NCBI GenBank assembly: GCA_011109175.1
Contig: RDEW01000015.1
Location: 1,181,481-1,245,480, forward strand
DNA length: 64,000 nt
From: Dicyema japonicum
Lineage: Eukaryota; Animalia; Dicyemida
Reading direction: 5' to 3'
Shown here: positions 45,511 through 57,999 of the stretch, piece after piece
How positions within the stretch are numbered: the first letter of the stretch is position 1
How the letters are laid out: every line of letters begins with the position of its first letter
Notes under the pieces: generated by a model
The model's input: the letters and a program-made list of their open reading frames with translations, nothing else
Databases searched by the model: none
What the model was told of the DNA's origin: nothing
Translations under genes and position numbers: made by a program

Positions 45511-48500
45511 TCAACTAACAACAACATTAGTAGAACTAATACAATATGAAACACACTTACCCAGTATAACCTCCAATTCAATCACATAAGTCCCTTCCTC
45601 TATAAAAATAATCTGACAGTTATAGTTATTCTCCAAACACACACGAGTGTACAACATGCCAACACCGATAAAACACTCATCTACAACAGCCTTATCCTTA
45701 GAACGCACTGAAACCCTCCAATGGGCACGCCACAACAACTCAGGGCTACAAATGTCCCCAATAGACGCTTCAATAGAGACAACCTCGTCAACTTTACATG
45801 GAGAGTCCTCAGCACGCCCAAACCAATCAATCTTACAATCTTTAATGAGAAGTAAGCATACCAGAACTACGAAATGGACAGTAATATGCAGCACTCAGAT
45901 GTCGAGTCTTCCAAGGAACGTTAGAAATGTCGAAGGTCGACTCTATTTTGGTATCCTTCATGTAAACATGACAGATTATGGGAAGTTGGGCCCTCATTGA
46001 CTCCAATACTCTATCATTGGCCTCGGCAAATATAAGGGACATTTTCTCACAGCTAAGACAGTCCATTTCCATCACAAATCTCAAATTATCACAAAATCAC
46101 TTTCTACTTTCATTCTCCTCCAATTTGACAGGCTCAGTTTTTCCGGTACAAATCTCGATATTGCAGAAAGCCCGTATTTTTAGGGAGATCTGAGCACGTG
46201 CACTGCAAAAACATCATAAATATACTAAGGAGGACCGCACGAGCGAATACTAAAGTGCCGGACTGCAAATGGAAGACGTCTTTCCACGGAAATCAGCATT
46301 TTCAATAAACGATAATAGTTATTGTTAGAAGAATACGAGATGATGTGCTCAGTGAGAATATCACAGGACTCAGTCCCCTCAATGAATCGATCCCTCACGG
46401 CGAATTTAATGAATACATGTCCGTGTGGATCAATGGGGGGACTGTCTGAAGTAACAACATAGAAATCAAATGAATCTGCTAATATTAAAGAAAATACTAT
46501 TTCTGTTGTTTGTTGTGTGCTCCAATCGTGTTATAATCACATCTGAGGCATTTGACATACATATTGATGAGTAAACCGTAGAGTTGGCGAACAATATCAA
46601 ATTTAATTTAATCACGTGGTTTTCAAAGTCAAGGATAACCTCCTTTATTGACGTTTTTTGATCTTGTATGAAAAAAACAATGGGAGTTCATCAACAACTT
46701 CCACAGGGGGGTTACCCAGGTCACTTACAGGTAAAAATGTGGAAATACCAAAAAAAGTGGCTTCAATCCCTACAATTCATTAACCCTCTAACCCTCAACC
46801 CTGAGTGACCCAGTCGTAAGAGGAAGAACTTTCAATGTGGCTATATGTCTGGAGAATGGGAGGACTGTGAATGAAACAGGAGGAATAAAGGTTTTTATTC
46901 CAGTTATTTTGATGATCTATTAATAATATTACAAATATAACAAAATTTGTCAAATCATACTCGAATGAGTGAGGATTCCTTATTTCCACCTCAAGAACAC
47001 ACGCACACTGTTTCACCCATAATATCTTCTCTGTCTTTTTCATCCCTGGTGTGTATATAAAGGGGGAGGAGCTTTGAATTTCGTCATTATAGTCCACGTT
47101 GGGTACCAAATTGGGGGGAAGGGGGTTGTACCTCACATCGCTTGGTTAGAAATCAAATCAAACCAAATATAAAACAAATTATTGATGGTTGGTCGTTTCT
47201 GAGAATGACAGACAATTTGAGGTAGTATTTGAAAATTTTCGACATGGGAGAACTCAGTAGCGAAATTATGGAAGATTGAACCGTTTGTGATGGCGGAATG
47301 ACGGTAAAGTTGGTAAAGGCCGAACCCCTTGTAGTGTTGCTGCACAGAAAGTGCTGAGTGTTGGTCTAATAAGCCACATTTGATCATCTTTTCGACAGAA
47401 TTTAATAGCAGTTCGATAATGCTGTTGGTTATCAAAGGCCATACTGATATTATACAGATTTATACTTGTATTTAAGGTCTTAGTGTCATCAAAAAGACTA
47501 AAGACATTTGCAAACTGTAGAATAAGTCCATGTGCACGACAGACTTCTTCATTGGTTTTTGGGTCCTCAACAAACTCCCCCAAAACAGAGAGCACATACA
47601 GTTGGTAGAAAAATCCAACTTTTCGGTGACATTTCAAAAGTCGGTAGAACTTTGAGTGTTGTAAAAAAGTGTGTGCCTAATTAATCAATATTACCAACTC
47701 TATTAATGTGCTTTATTGACATTGAGGACCGAACAGATGACTCTAAGAAAAAATGGCTGTTCAATATGTCCTAGAAATCAGTCAATCGCCAAACCCTTGA
47801 AAAAACGAGTAGTTGAAACCCACTATTGAGAGCTCACACTCCAACATACTGGACCATTCGGCCTAAACTTATCCATGCAAATCAACCTTAGCATAGACAT
47901 CCAGTACTAATTTTATATTCTCTAACAGATCGGATGTGAATTTGAGGAACGACTTTTTTACGCTTAAATTCAAGTTACTATGATAAACAGGCAACGTCAC
48001 TCTCTCAAGCCAAAGTAGTAAGCCACAATGAACCCTTCGAAGATACCTACAATCAACAAGACAAGCAACCTCCAATCCAGTAAAAGTTATCAAAGTCCTT
48101 GAATCGTTCGTAGCTGATCAGATATAGGTCTATGGCTTGTTCAAAACACCCAATTAAGAGACTCAGGTCAGCCACATACTTTCGGTTTCTCCCCAAAGTG
48201 TACTTTTTCATCTCTCTGACTTTAAAAGAACTATAACTTTTTAGTGAATCTTGTATGATCTTGTGTCTCCATTTCTATGGGAGTAAAGGTGACGGGAGTT
48301 TCTATATCAGCGTTAATCCAATTGAAGACTCTGGAATACAAAACACAGCCAATTTGGTAACAGAACTGGTCCATGAAGGTTGAAAGCTCTCTTTCTATGT
48401 TATCAGTGGCAGACAAGAAGGAAGCTCGCAAATCCTTGTCTTTCAAAACAAAGGAAGATGTTGACGGCGACCGGAGACCGATGGCTCTGTCATCTTGCAC

Positions 48501-49036
48501 AAGCAATTCAGGCTTAATATTTAGTGAGTCGATGGATTTTGACCTCATTATGGTAACAGGGGGAGACAAGTCACCTTCTATTGACATTCGATGAGATAAT
48601 TTGCTATTTTGGTTAATTTCGATAAAAAATAAATGTGAGTCTATCAGTGTTTGCGAATATTTTTTTTGAATTTGCTTGAATTTTTCCACAATATCATTGA
48701 GTTCTGAGTTTGACTTCGGAAAATTGGAAAAACCTACAAGACCGAAGATCTAAAGTAATACTAATTAAACTTGTCTGTGAGCCTGTAAGCAACCCCATGC
48801 TACACTGTGTGGGTTACATGAACGAAGATATCGTGGGCGACAATGAGAATTTTTTATTTGAAATGGACCACAACGTGAGGACACAATATTACAGATTCGG
48901 CGATAGCTCTTGTGACTAAGAGATAAATCTGGGTATTTTTATTACAGCAAACCAATGTTATTGAGTAGTATCGGAAATGAGATATAATCCGATATAGAAG
49001 CCTCTGAGTTTAATTTTATTGAGTTTTGTTCTTCAT
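45511..49036 (-). CDS. TRAPPC9: Trafficking protein particle complex subunit 9 (Trs120/NIBP); both ends approximate
   Basis: WGCLQAHRQIFGLVG, EKFKQIQKKYSQTLIDSHLF, HRKVGFF, SSPFIYTP...WVKQCACVLEVEIRNP are colinear with TRAPPC9; many 21-25 nt introns and indels. Confidence 0.85.
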
Positions 49037-49329
49037 AACAAGTTTTCGTGGCTAACCACATTAAAAAAAGTAAAATAATTAATATAGTAAGTTCAATTTA
49101 TTTTATATTTATTAATATGTTTTTAATATATTTCATCCATAGCGTTGCGTTATGTGGTCTACCAATTCAAAAGGATTTGGAAACGCCTAGGGGGCACCTA
49201 ATGCCCACCGAAAAAGGACCGATAGACCCCATCCCCCTGGAGACATTCTCGTCCCCAGGGATTCATTTTGCAGAAGATCGAACCTTCCCAGAGGAAATCC
49301 ACACCCCATTGAAAAGAAAAACACTTTAA

Positions 49330-51180
49330 GGCTCTCAGCTAGACATAACTGGAATTAAAAGAAAAATCAGGGAACTCCGCTCACTCCTGGCTTGTCAAAA
49401 GATTAATGTTGCGATGATTCAAGAGACCAAACTCTCTTTTAATGACCCTACCCTTACATTTCCAGGATACAAAGCAATCAGAAAGGACATAGAGAAAAAA
49501 GAGGCGGAGGACTGCTCACTCTATTCAAAAAGAACTTGAAATCAGAGACATCTCCTCGGAAGTGAGGAAACTTGTTGAGGATGATGATTTAGCAGAAATA
49601 ATTGGAATCTCGCTCGGGAAAACGGAAGGAAGACTATGCCTTGCGAATATCTACGTTCTGCTTACTGGTTCCTGCCCAAAGAGCTATGTTATGCCAAACC
49701 TATCAAGACTTTTTTCCTTCGATGAGATCAGCATCTGCGGGGATTTGAATGCGAAGCATCCCTTATGGCTATCAACTCAACTAGCTGACATGAGAGGGAA
49801 ACTATTATCTCAAACGGACTCCTTAACTATATTGAATGATCCATCGAGAAAATAAATAAGGACACCACTGAGAGAGACAGATAAACCTACCTCACCGGAC
49901 GCAACACTCTGTTCATCGTCGCTTTCATCAAAAATTGATTGGTCAGTCCTCTACGAACAAGAAGCGACCATAATCCAACTGTGGTGAAGATCAAAAGAGA
50001 GGCCAACGTGAGGGGAATTCCTAGCAGCTACAATTACAAAGGTGCTAACTGGAAATTGTATCGCAAAATCTCAGAAGATAAATTGAAGAATTGTTACTTG
50101 GATAGCTTCAGTTTTCTAGAGAATGCCATCAGCTACTTTACCCAAATAATCTTGAAAGCAGGATCAAGGGCTATACTTAAACATTAGTCTTATGTTCCAT
50201 TAACAAGGCCTTTGATTCTATTTCGAGAAAAATATTATCAAAGAAAATTTTCCAGTCTGAGATCCCGGGGAAGCTTAAACTTTGGATAACAAATTTCTTA
50301 AGTGAACGGAGGGGACGTGTATGCCTCGGAGGACTGAAATCAGTCTCGCGTCTTCTCCCAAACGGTGTCCCCAAGGATCTCCTTTATCTCCCGCTTTATT
50401 CAATTTATACCTGACCGACCTCCCGCCACCGGAATCCAATAACGATGTTCTACTCTCATATGCTGACGACATTGTTTTGGCTTCGCGTGATCGGGATATC
50501 CAAAATGCTACAGAAAGATTACAAATTAACCTGGACCGACTCAACGCCTGAGTAATGAAGAACCGACTCACGGTAAATTCCAGAAAGTCGGTCACGTCTA
50601 TGTTTACTTCGGACAAAAGGTTGGGGAAGAAGACTGTCACCTTAAAATTGGACAACGTTGAAATCCCCTTCAGCAAATGTAAGAAGATCTTGGGCGTGAC
50701 ATTGGATACCAACTTATGTTTGTTGCCACACGTGGCAAACATTGTTCTGAAGTGCGAGAAGAAAATCAATGTATTGAAATGTTTATCTGGAATATGGAAG
50801 ACCGGTACCCACCCGGTCTTGATGAATATCTACAAACAATACATTGAACCATGGTTCTCGTACGCGTGTGCTTTGTGGGGACCTTCATTATTATGGACGA
50901 ATACCAAGAAAATCGAGGACGTACAAAAGAAGGCCTTCAGAGTCACGGAGCGGTGGACTTGTGGGAGACACAGAACCGGACCGACTACTCTGGAGGCCCT
51001 CATAAAACTAATCACCGGCATTCGGGAAAATGGCCCTGCAAATACAGTCAGCCGCCCAGTACGAGCTTGTGTGGGCACGAGGGAAGAGCACCGGGAAAGG
51101 ATGAGAATTTTGGTGGAACGCATCGGGATCACGTGATAGTTAGTTTGGTTTTACCGTGGTCTTGGATGTTAAACAATAAT
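49330..51180 (+). mobile_element. LINE family A (I/Jockey-like): APE, partial RT and 3' end; N-terminal RT blocks deleted
   Basis: QLDITGIKRK, MIQETKL, CGDLNAKHPLW, SPDAT, SDHNP; jump at about 50180 to NKAFDSI, GCPQGSPLSPALFNLY, SYADDIVL, ILGVTLD, ERIGIT*. Confidence 0.9.
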
Positions 51181-51189
51181 TATGGAAAC

Positions 51190-52625
51190 AGGCACTAATA
51201 CGGCTAATACTAAAACCAGGAGGACCGAGAGATGACCCAGCGTCTTTTAGACCGGTGTCACAACTATCTCCCATGTCAAAAATCCTGGAGAAGATTGTGC
51301 TCGGGAGAATAAAAGAATTTTTATTAGAGAGCCCTTTTTAACATGGATTCAAAAATGAGAGATCCACGTCTACATACTAGCAAACATCAACCGACTGCAT
51401 TCGAGTAGGATTCACAACCAACCCAAGACACTATAAACAGTGCTCTGCTCGAGGAAGATTCTATCGAAAAAAATATTTCAATCGGAGATCCCAGGGAAAC
51501 TAAAGCTTTGAATCACTAACTTCCTAAGTGGACGAAGAGGACATGTTTGCCTCGGAGGTCTGAAATCAATCTCACGGCTTTTTTCCAACGGAGTCCCTCA
51601 AGGATCTCCTTTATCACCTGCTCTGTTTAACCTTTTTCTGGCTGATCTCCCGACTCTTGAATCTGATAATTATGTTTTATTTTCCTATGCGGATGATAGT
51701 GTGTTGGCTTCGCGAGATCAGGACATCCAGAAGGCTACAGAAAGAATACAAATTAACCCGGACAGGCTTAATGCCTGGATAATGGAAAACCGGCTCATGG
51801 TGAATGCAGAGAAGTCGTCTAAGTCACTCTTTAATAATAATAATAAAGCCTTTTCACGAGAGCCATAGTATTTTATAGCTACGCATAGGCAGGACACACA
51901 CTTTATTTAAGTAAAGAACAGTTAATTTTAACTAATCGTAGAACCAAGGAATGATCTTCACTTCTTTTTTTTTTCTTGTGTGAGTGTCCTTTCTAGACAA
52001 TCCGGTTCCGCAGTGAATATCCACTGATGACGGCGTCACTCGTCAAACCAACAGACAAAAGATTGGGAAGGAAGATAGTCACCTTTAAGTTAAACAAGGT
52101 CGACATCTCTTTCAATAGATGTCAAAGGATCTTGGGTATGACAATTGATATGCATCTCTTTTTGACACCACACAGAGAAAACATTCTATTGAAATGCAAG
52201 AAGAAACTGAACGTATTGAGAAGTTTATCGGAAATATGGAAAAGTGGTACTCACCTCGTGCTGATGAAATTGTACAAACAGTACATCGAGCCATGTTTCT
52301 CATATGCATGCGCGTTGTGGGGTCCGTTTATATCTTGGACAAATATGAGGAAAATTTAGGAAATGCAAAAGAGGCTTACAGAGTAACGGGGCATTGGATT
52401 TGTGAAGATCATCGACCCGAACCTACGCCTCTGGAGGCCCTTATGAAACTAGACTGCAGATCACGGGAAGTTGGCCCTGAAAATTCAAGCAGCCGTCCTG
52501 TACGTTCATGCGCGGGCACGAAGGAAGAACACCGGGCAAAGATGAGGTCTTTGTTAGAATGCATCGGGATCACGTGATAATTAATTTTGTTTTACCGTGG
52601 TCTTGGGTTAAATAAATAAAATAAA
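51190..52625 (+). mobile_element. LINE family A, second copy (RT and 3' end), split by a SINE
   Basis: FRPVSQLSPMSKILEKI, GVPQGSPLSPALFNL, SYADD, and after the SINE the ...ECIGIT* terminus. Confidence 0.88.
51832..52046 (-). mobile_element. SINE subfamily A, 5'-truncated, inserted in a LINE
   Basis: Matches 5720-5940; LINE sequence resumes on both sides. Confidence 0.85.
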
Positions 52626-52629
52626 AATC

Positions 52630-52815
52630 GAAGAATCGCCTAATTACTATCAGTGAAAAGGCCGTCGTGACTGTGAAGGTCCAGTCACTCGACCGATACG
52701 TGCTTGTGTGGGGTCGAGAGAGGAGCATCGGGCCAAGATGAAATCCCTGCTAGTGCGTGCTGGGATCACGTGATTAGTTATTTTGTGTAACCGTGGTCTC
52801 TGGTGTTATTATTAT
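52630..52815 (+). mobile_element. LINE 3' end (family A-related)
   Basis: LVRAGIT* (gggatcacgtga) followed by cgtggtctc and a (TTA)n tail. Confidence 0.65.
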
Positions 52816-52849
52816 TAATATTTATAATAGTGACGAATTTTTTGATGAC

Positions 52850-53160
52850 TCAGTCAGTGTAATAAGTTTGGACCAAAATCATAAGGTCCTCAGTTCGAAT
52901 ATCGCTGCTGTCCATTCAGTTGAAGGTTTCACACATCTAGGATGCTTTGGGATTTACGAGTGACGCAGTCATCAGTGTTTCTCTTTTGGAATTCAGACAA
53001 ACAAAAAGAATGAGAAGTCGAGAACCCTTACAATGTCTTGGATAAAACTAGATTAATTAACATTACTGTTCTTACTTTTAAAATAAAATGTGAGTTCGGT
53101 CTAAGGTGAGGTTTAAGTAATGAAAACATTACTTACTTCTTATCGGGAGGGCTGTTTTTA
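52850..53160 (+). mobile_element. SINE subfamily B
   Basis: Box B-like agttcgaatat, core acgagtgacgcagtcatcagtg; body shared with 15705-15900. Confidence 0.65.
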
Positions 53161-53835
53161 TTAAAATCCACTACATTTTGTTCCATATTAACTCCCCCAA
53201 TAAAAATGCCGAAAGCTCTCAAGCATATAGCCTCTATGGATCGAGTATATTTTTTCGACTTTCAAAGCCGCACAAGCGTAACTTATAGTTGAAAAAATAA
53301 CTTGGTGGAGCAATAAAGTGATGCGGATGTACATAGATTAAGGAGTAGGAAAATTAAGAAAAATAACTGAATAAGACTACCTCTTGTTTTATTTCATATT
53401 TTTTAATTTAATAAATTAAAAAAATTAAATTTTTCACACCAATCATATTTGAAAAAATACGGATAAAGCAGTAAAATAACTGATGAGTTATAAAACAGTC
53501 CAATTTTTCATGTGATTGAACTGAACTATGATATAGGTCACGTGGTCATTTGTTTAATATACTTGTGACTTCGAATCCACTGAAAATCCAGTGTTATACT
53601 ATACAGTTTGTCATAATTCCACAAACACCGTAAACCGCAGATATACTTTTTGTCTTAACTTCTACTGCAAAGCATTTTGATTCAAGGCTCATTTTCTTGG
53701 AAATTGTCTCTTTATTCACGTGTCTTAATTTTTTCAATGTTTATATATTTACCCCACACGTGTAGGATTTTATAGAATATGTTTAATTAAAATGTATATT
53801 CTTATCCGCTATCGATCTATTAATTTATATTTTAG

Positions 53836-54180
53836 TTGTTCCCCGTCGATACCACCGAAATGGACAATGATTCCCCTATCAAAAGTACATGTATACAATA
53901 TATTCTAGTTCGTGGAGGGAGATTTTGTTTCTGTTTGATGTGTGTTTATTACATTTTGAATGGTTGGGAGGTACTCGATAATACATCTCATTTATGCACT
54001 TTTGAAGGATGTGGAGAAAAATTTGACACTCCTCTCAAATTCAAGGCCCATATTCTCTACCATGACCCTAACCACATGTATGTCTGTCCCTGGCCAAATT
54101 GCACTAAGTTTAAAAATCTTGGAGAATTTGAGAATCATATTGTCACGGAACATCTCTACGGGTTTAATCCCTTCTATTAG
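53836..54180 (+). CDS. Small C2H2 zinc-finger protein, 5' exon unresolved
   Basis: CTFEGCGEKFDTPLKFKAHILYH and YVCPWPNCTKFKNLGEFENHIVTEH; preceded by an AG acceptor. Confidence 0.6.
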   Translation: MFPVDTTEMDNDSPIKSTCIQYILVRGGRFCFCLMCVYYILNGWEVLDNTSHLCTFEGCGEKFDTPLKFKAHILYHDPNHMYVCPWPNCTKFKNLGEFENHIVTEHLYGFNPFY

Positions 54181-54369
54181 TAATAATTATTTTACATTGT
54201 TTTTCTTTTAGTAATATATATTGAGATAAATGTTAATCACTGATCGGCTTCACTCAAGTGACCACAATGTGTGTTTTTGTTTTGAGAAGGAAGTCATGGA
54301 AAATTTGACAAATTGACGATCTTTGTTTGTGTTGATGATAAGTATCTGATTTCTTGTTAAGTCAACGGA

Positions 54370-55060
54370 TCTGTAACGATTGAGTGTACGACTTTTAAGT
54401 AATTTCTTGAACGTAGGGTTTACAGTTTCAAGTTTGTTGATTAAGAATTGATAATTGTATCATGGTTCGTGCTTGTGTAGATAATCTGGGATATATTTTT
54501 AAAACATATATTCAGAATTCTCCAATATCCAACTCCATCTTCATTAATTTTAAAGATCGATCATTGAACAGTTCAAAAAGTTCTTCATTTTCTTTAACAG
54601 ATAATTGTTCCGACTGTGACACAAGAAAAGGATTTCGCATCTAAAAAATATTTAAGAATTATAACCCAATCGAATTTTTCAGTTTCTATGTCTGGAAAAT
54701 AGGCATCAATTTTGTTTTCCAAAATTATTAAATGTTCATTAATCAGTCCCTGTATTGCTTCACCATTATATCCTTATTATAATTAAAATATAAAATAAAC
54801 CATTAGAATTAGGAAACATAGTATAATCGCCATCTAAAACTCTTTTTCTTCAAAAACTGATTTTCATTTTTAAGGAATTCAATTTGTCTGTCGGCGATAA
54901 AATAGTTTCAGAATTTCCCTGCATACTTGCATTAACATTACTTAATATTTGTAAAATATCTAACAAATAGGCAAGTTTTATAGACCACAATGCATTCTGA
55001 ATTTTTTAAACAAATTCACAAAAAAGTAAATAAATTTATTCTAATTTTTATTTAGCTGCC
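54370..55060 (-). mobile_element. hAT (Charlie/Buster, ZBED5-like) transposase remnant
   Basis: DILQILSNVNASMQG, MFP, INEHL..LENKIDAYFP...DWV, RNPF...EELFELFNDRSLK...EF...YPRL. Confidence 0.7.
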
Positions 55061-55129
55061 AGCACACTAGACATTGTCTCGCGGCACACTAAGTACTAGG
55101 AATTCGTGTGGATGTGAAGGTACTATTTA

Positions 55130-56195
55130 TTGGGTTCCTGGATTTATTAACAGGCAACCAGATACAAGGATATCACCATTGTAAGTTCATCAAGACTCTA
55201 CCATCTCGCATTCCTCCCCAGGACCCCAAAAATCGTTGTATGTGATGAAAATAGACAAATATCAATGATGATCATGTTGTGGTAAGAGGGTAGGTCAAAT
55301 CTGACATTTCAGCTAATCAACGATGCGATGGAAGGTGAGCACATCGAAAGGTCATGGGACGTGTTTGATTCCCAGGACGAGTTCCATTTCTAGTGTGTTG
55401 ATTAGAAATGGAACTCGTAATGAAAACTGTCTAATCCTCTCCTATGCCGACGATATCATTCTTGCCTCCAAAGACAGAAGCATTCAATCAGCGACTCAGT
55501 CCGCTCAACAAATGCTCGACAAGCTGGAACTATGGCTCTCGAAGCGGAGACTCGACACATCAGCAGCAAAGTCTTCTGTCACGCTGTTTACCACTTACAA
55601 AAGACAGCTCTGTATCGAACCAAAAATCTTTATGAAGAACGAGGCTATTTCTATTAACAAAACACCGAAGATTCTGGGAGTAACCTTTGATCAGGGACTC
55701 ACCTTTATCCGGCATGTTGAGAACAAAGTAACTTCTGCTCTGAAGAAAATGAGAATTTTAAAAGTGCTCTCAAAAACACTTAGAGACCAAACTGGTGGCC
55801 TTGTCACGATTTATGAACAATTTATCCGACCAACGATGACGTATGCAAGTTTTTCGTGGGCAATGCAGATTTCACGATCTTCCTCATTGAAACTATCCGC
55901 AATCGAGGAGACTGCAATAAGGATAATTGGACCAGAACACAAAATCCAACCCATTGAAAATTTCTTAATCGAATTACAACGGAAACTCTTAAAGGAGGCT
56001 ATTTTACCGAGCTGCCCTCTATTCCATACACTATCGAATTATCTACAATCATACAGAAATTTTAAGCCGATGCCATGTCCAATGAAAAGAGCTGTTCAGG
56101 ATTCTTGACCCCGCCGGTCTGGGATCACTTAGTTAGATGAGAACTTTTATTTCTTTCTCTTTGACCCAGTGATCCTGGGGGTAATAATAATAATG
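55130..56195 (+). mobile_element. LINE family B: 5' remnant, late RT and 3' end
   Basis: ORF 55323-56108 LSYADDIIL, PKILGVTFD, YEQFIRPTMTYA; terminus gggatcacttag...gtgatcc and (TAA)n. Confidence 0.85.
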
Positions 56196-56404
56196 ATTGA
56201 GGTTGTTCAGTATGACAAGGTGTTCGAGTTCCGAGGTGACTTGACGTCTGATGACTGGGCCGAGTATCATAGTGGGTCATTAGCATTAATGTCACCGCAA
56301 ATGGTAAAGTTATTTACGTTGAGTAGGAATTCCAAGCTGGGACGGTAGCCATTCTGGCAGCATGACAAAGGGGGAGTATGCATATTAATAAAAGTGTAGG
56401 TAGT

Positions 56405-57310
56405 GGACATAAATTAAAATTAAATTTATTAACCAAAAACCACCTTCATATCCAAAATGAGAAAATTCAGGTGATCCCGGCCTCCCAATGCAGTCTTCGT
56501 ATTTTTTCCTGATGTTCAGACTGTGTTCCGGCACATTTGCAATAAGGACGGGGTTCATGCACATGAATCTTCCGCCAAAAAATTGCCCTAGTTGCATTAA
56601 CCATATTTTCAAAGCTTTTGGACAGGATTTCCTTGCAAGAAGACTTCCGCTGAATTTTATGGATCTTGGTTAGATTCGTCGCTGCAAGGTTTGTCCTCTA
56701 AGCAGCACATGCATAACCAATTGCAGGTTCAATGATTGTAGAGGTATCCTATCCATTTAGGCCTTTGGAGCCTCTTAGATTTCTCAGAAAAACCTTCATT
56801 GAGTTAATCTTTCTCGTAAAGCCGTTATTTCTTTCAAAATGGGTTGAAAAGGTTAAGAAAGTGTTGAAGGTAACTCCGAGGATCTTCTGGATTTTGTTTT
56901 GTGGAATAGATTTCCAGTCTAACTTGACGTCAATGAATAGCTTCCCCACTCTATATTTGAATTGAAAAGGGTCAAACTAACTTCTCCGGACTTGTTCTCA
57001 ATTGATTTCCATAAAGCCACAAACTCAGATTATTCAGGCTGTCCTGTAATCTTCGCAGCGCGTCGATAATACCCACATCCTTCGATGCAACAACTATATT
57101 GTCCACGTAGGACAGTAACATGTCGTTGTCACCATGTGGAATTGGTAGGTTATTCGTCATAATTGATTGAATAAGAGGGGAGATAATGGGGAACCCTAAG
57201 GAAAGCTATTTGATAATAGTCTCGATATGGAACATCGATTACCATGGCGTACTCATTCGCGACGACCCCTCAAGAAATTCTCCAATCAAACGTTGATGGT
57301 GATGGAAATC
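56405..57310 (-). mobile_element. LINE family H, RT and 3' end, degenerate
   Basis: FP.GSPLSP, LSYVDNIV, KILGVTFN; ends RLHWEAGIT* followed by ggtggtttt and ggttaataaa. Confidence 0.75.
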
Positions 57311-57373
57311 ACCTAATAAAAATTAAATATAAATATAAATTAATAAAAAATAAAATTAATTTAAATTAAATTG

Positions 57374-57991
57374 ATGTGCGATAATCTGAATGAAATTAGT
57401 GATTCTGATTTTTTGACCATTTTAAATGTACGATAATCTTATTTTAGACAAGAATTATCAAGTCGGCGTCAATAACTATGATAGAAAAATAGATAAACTG
57501 TACAAATTGCTTAAATCAGTTAGTTATCAAATAAAACATAGTTGGTCAGTGGTACCCTCAAACAATCAAAGCTAACATCTCAGGCAATGTTACTCGGTTT
57601 GACAGAAGAAAAGGTTTTTGTTTAATTACAACAGATCATTGTTTTGACTTCTTTTTGGGAGTCTAATCGTGATCGACTTGCAAAGGATGCACTAAATTTG
57701 AGTAAAACGAACGAATTCAGTGTAAGATATAGTATTTACTTCCAGGTAAAGGATTTGCGATATTCTCTGTCAAACCAGGTCGGAAACGATCTTGAAGGGG
57801 CTACCAAACTAATGGACTGTGTGATGCAGTTCAATTTGGAGGTAATAAGGGAACTTATATAGAATGAGGGGAACAGCTTTGAAGTGGAGTTTGACTATGA
57901 ACGACTGCAGAGATTGTATGATCAGGTCATTCGTTGAATTTGAATGTAGATTGAGGTTATTCAGGAACAGCTTAATAATTTAGTTGATTGA
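57374..57991 (+). CDS. COMMD10: COMM-domain protein, most similar to COMMD10; 6 introns of 20-24 nt
   Basis: Spliced C-terminus VKDLRYSL...CVMQFNLENEGNSFEVEFDYERLQRLYDQIEVIQEQLNNLVD* parallels COMMD10 [26 protein letters not shown]; one indel near the first intron. Confidence 0.65.
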
Positions 57992-57999
57992 TAGTTTTA

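Noticed and set aside
45225-45581. 118-aa minus-strand ORF as a TRAPPC9 extension or separate gene
   Set aside because: Low-complexity hydrophobic translation of AT-rich DNA with no homology signal; the TRAPPC9 end is left approximate.
49240-49330. 2A-like motif ahead of the family A APE (GDILVPR, NPHP)
   Set aside because: No DxExNPGP can be restored with simple indels.
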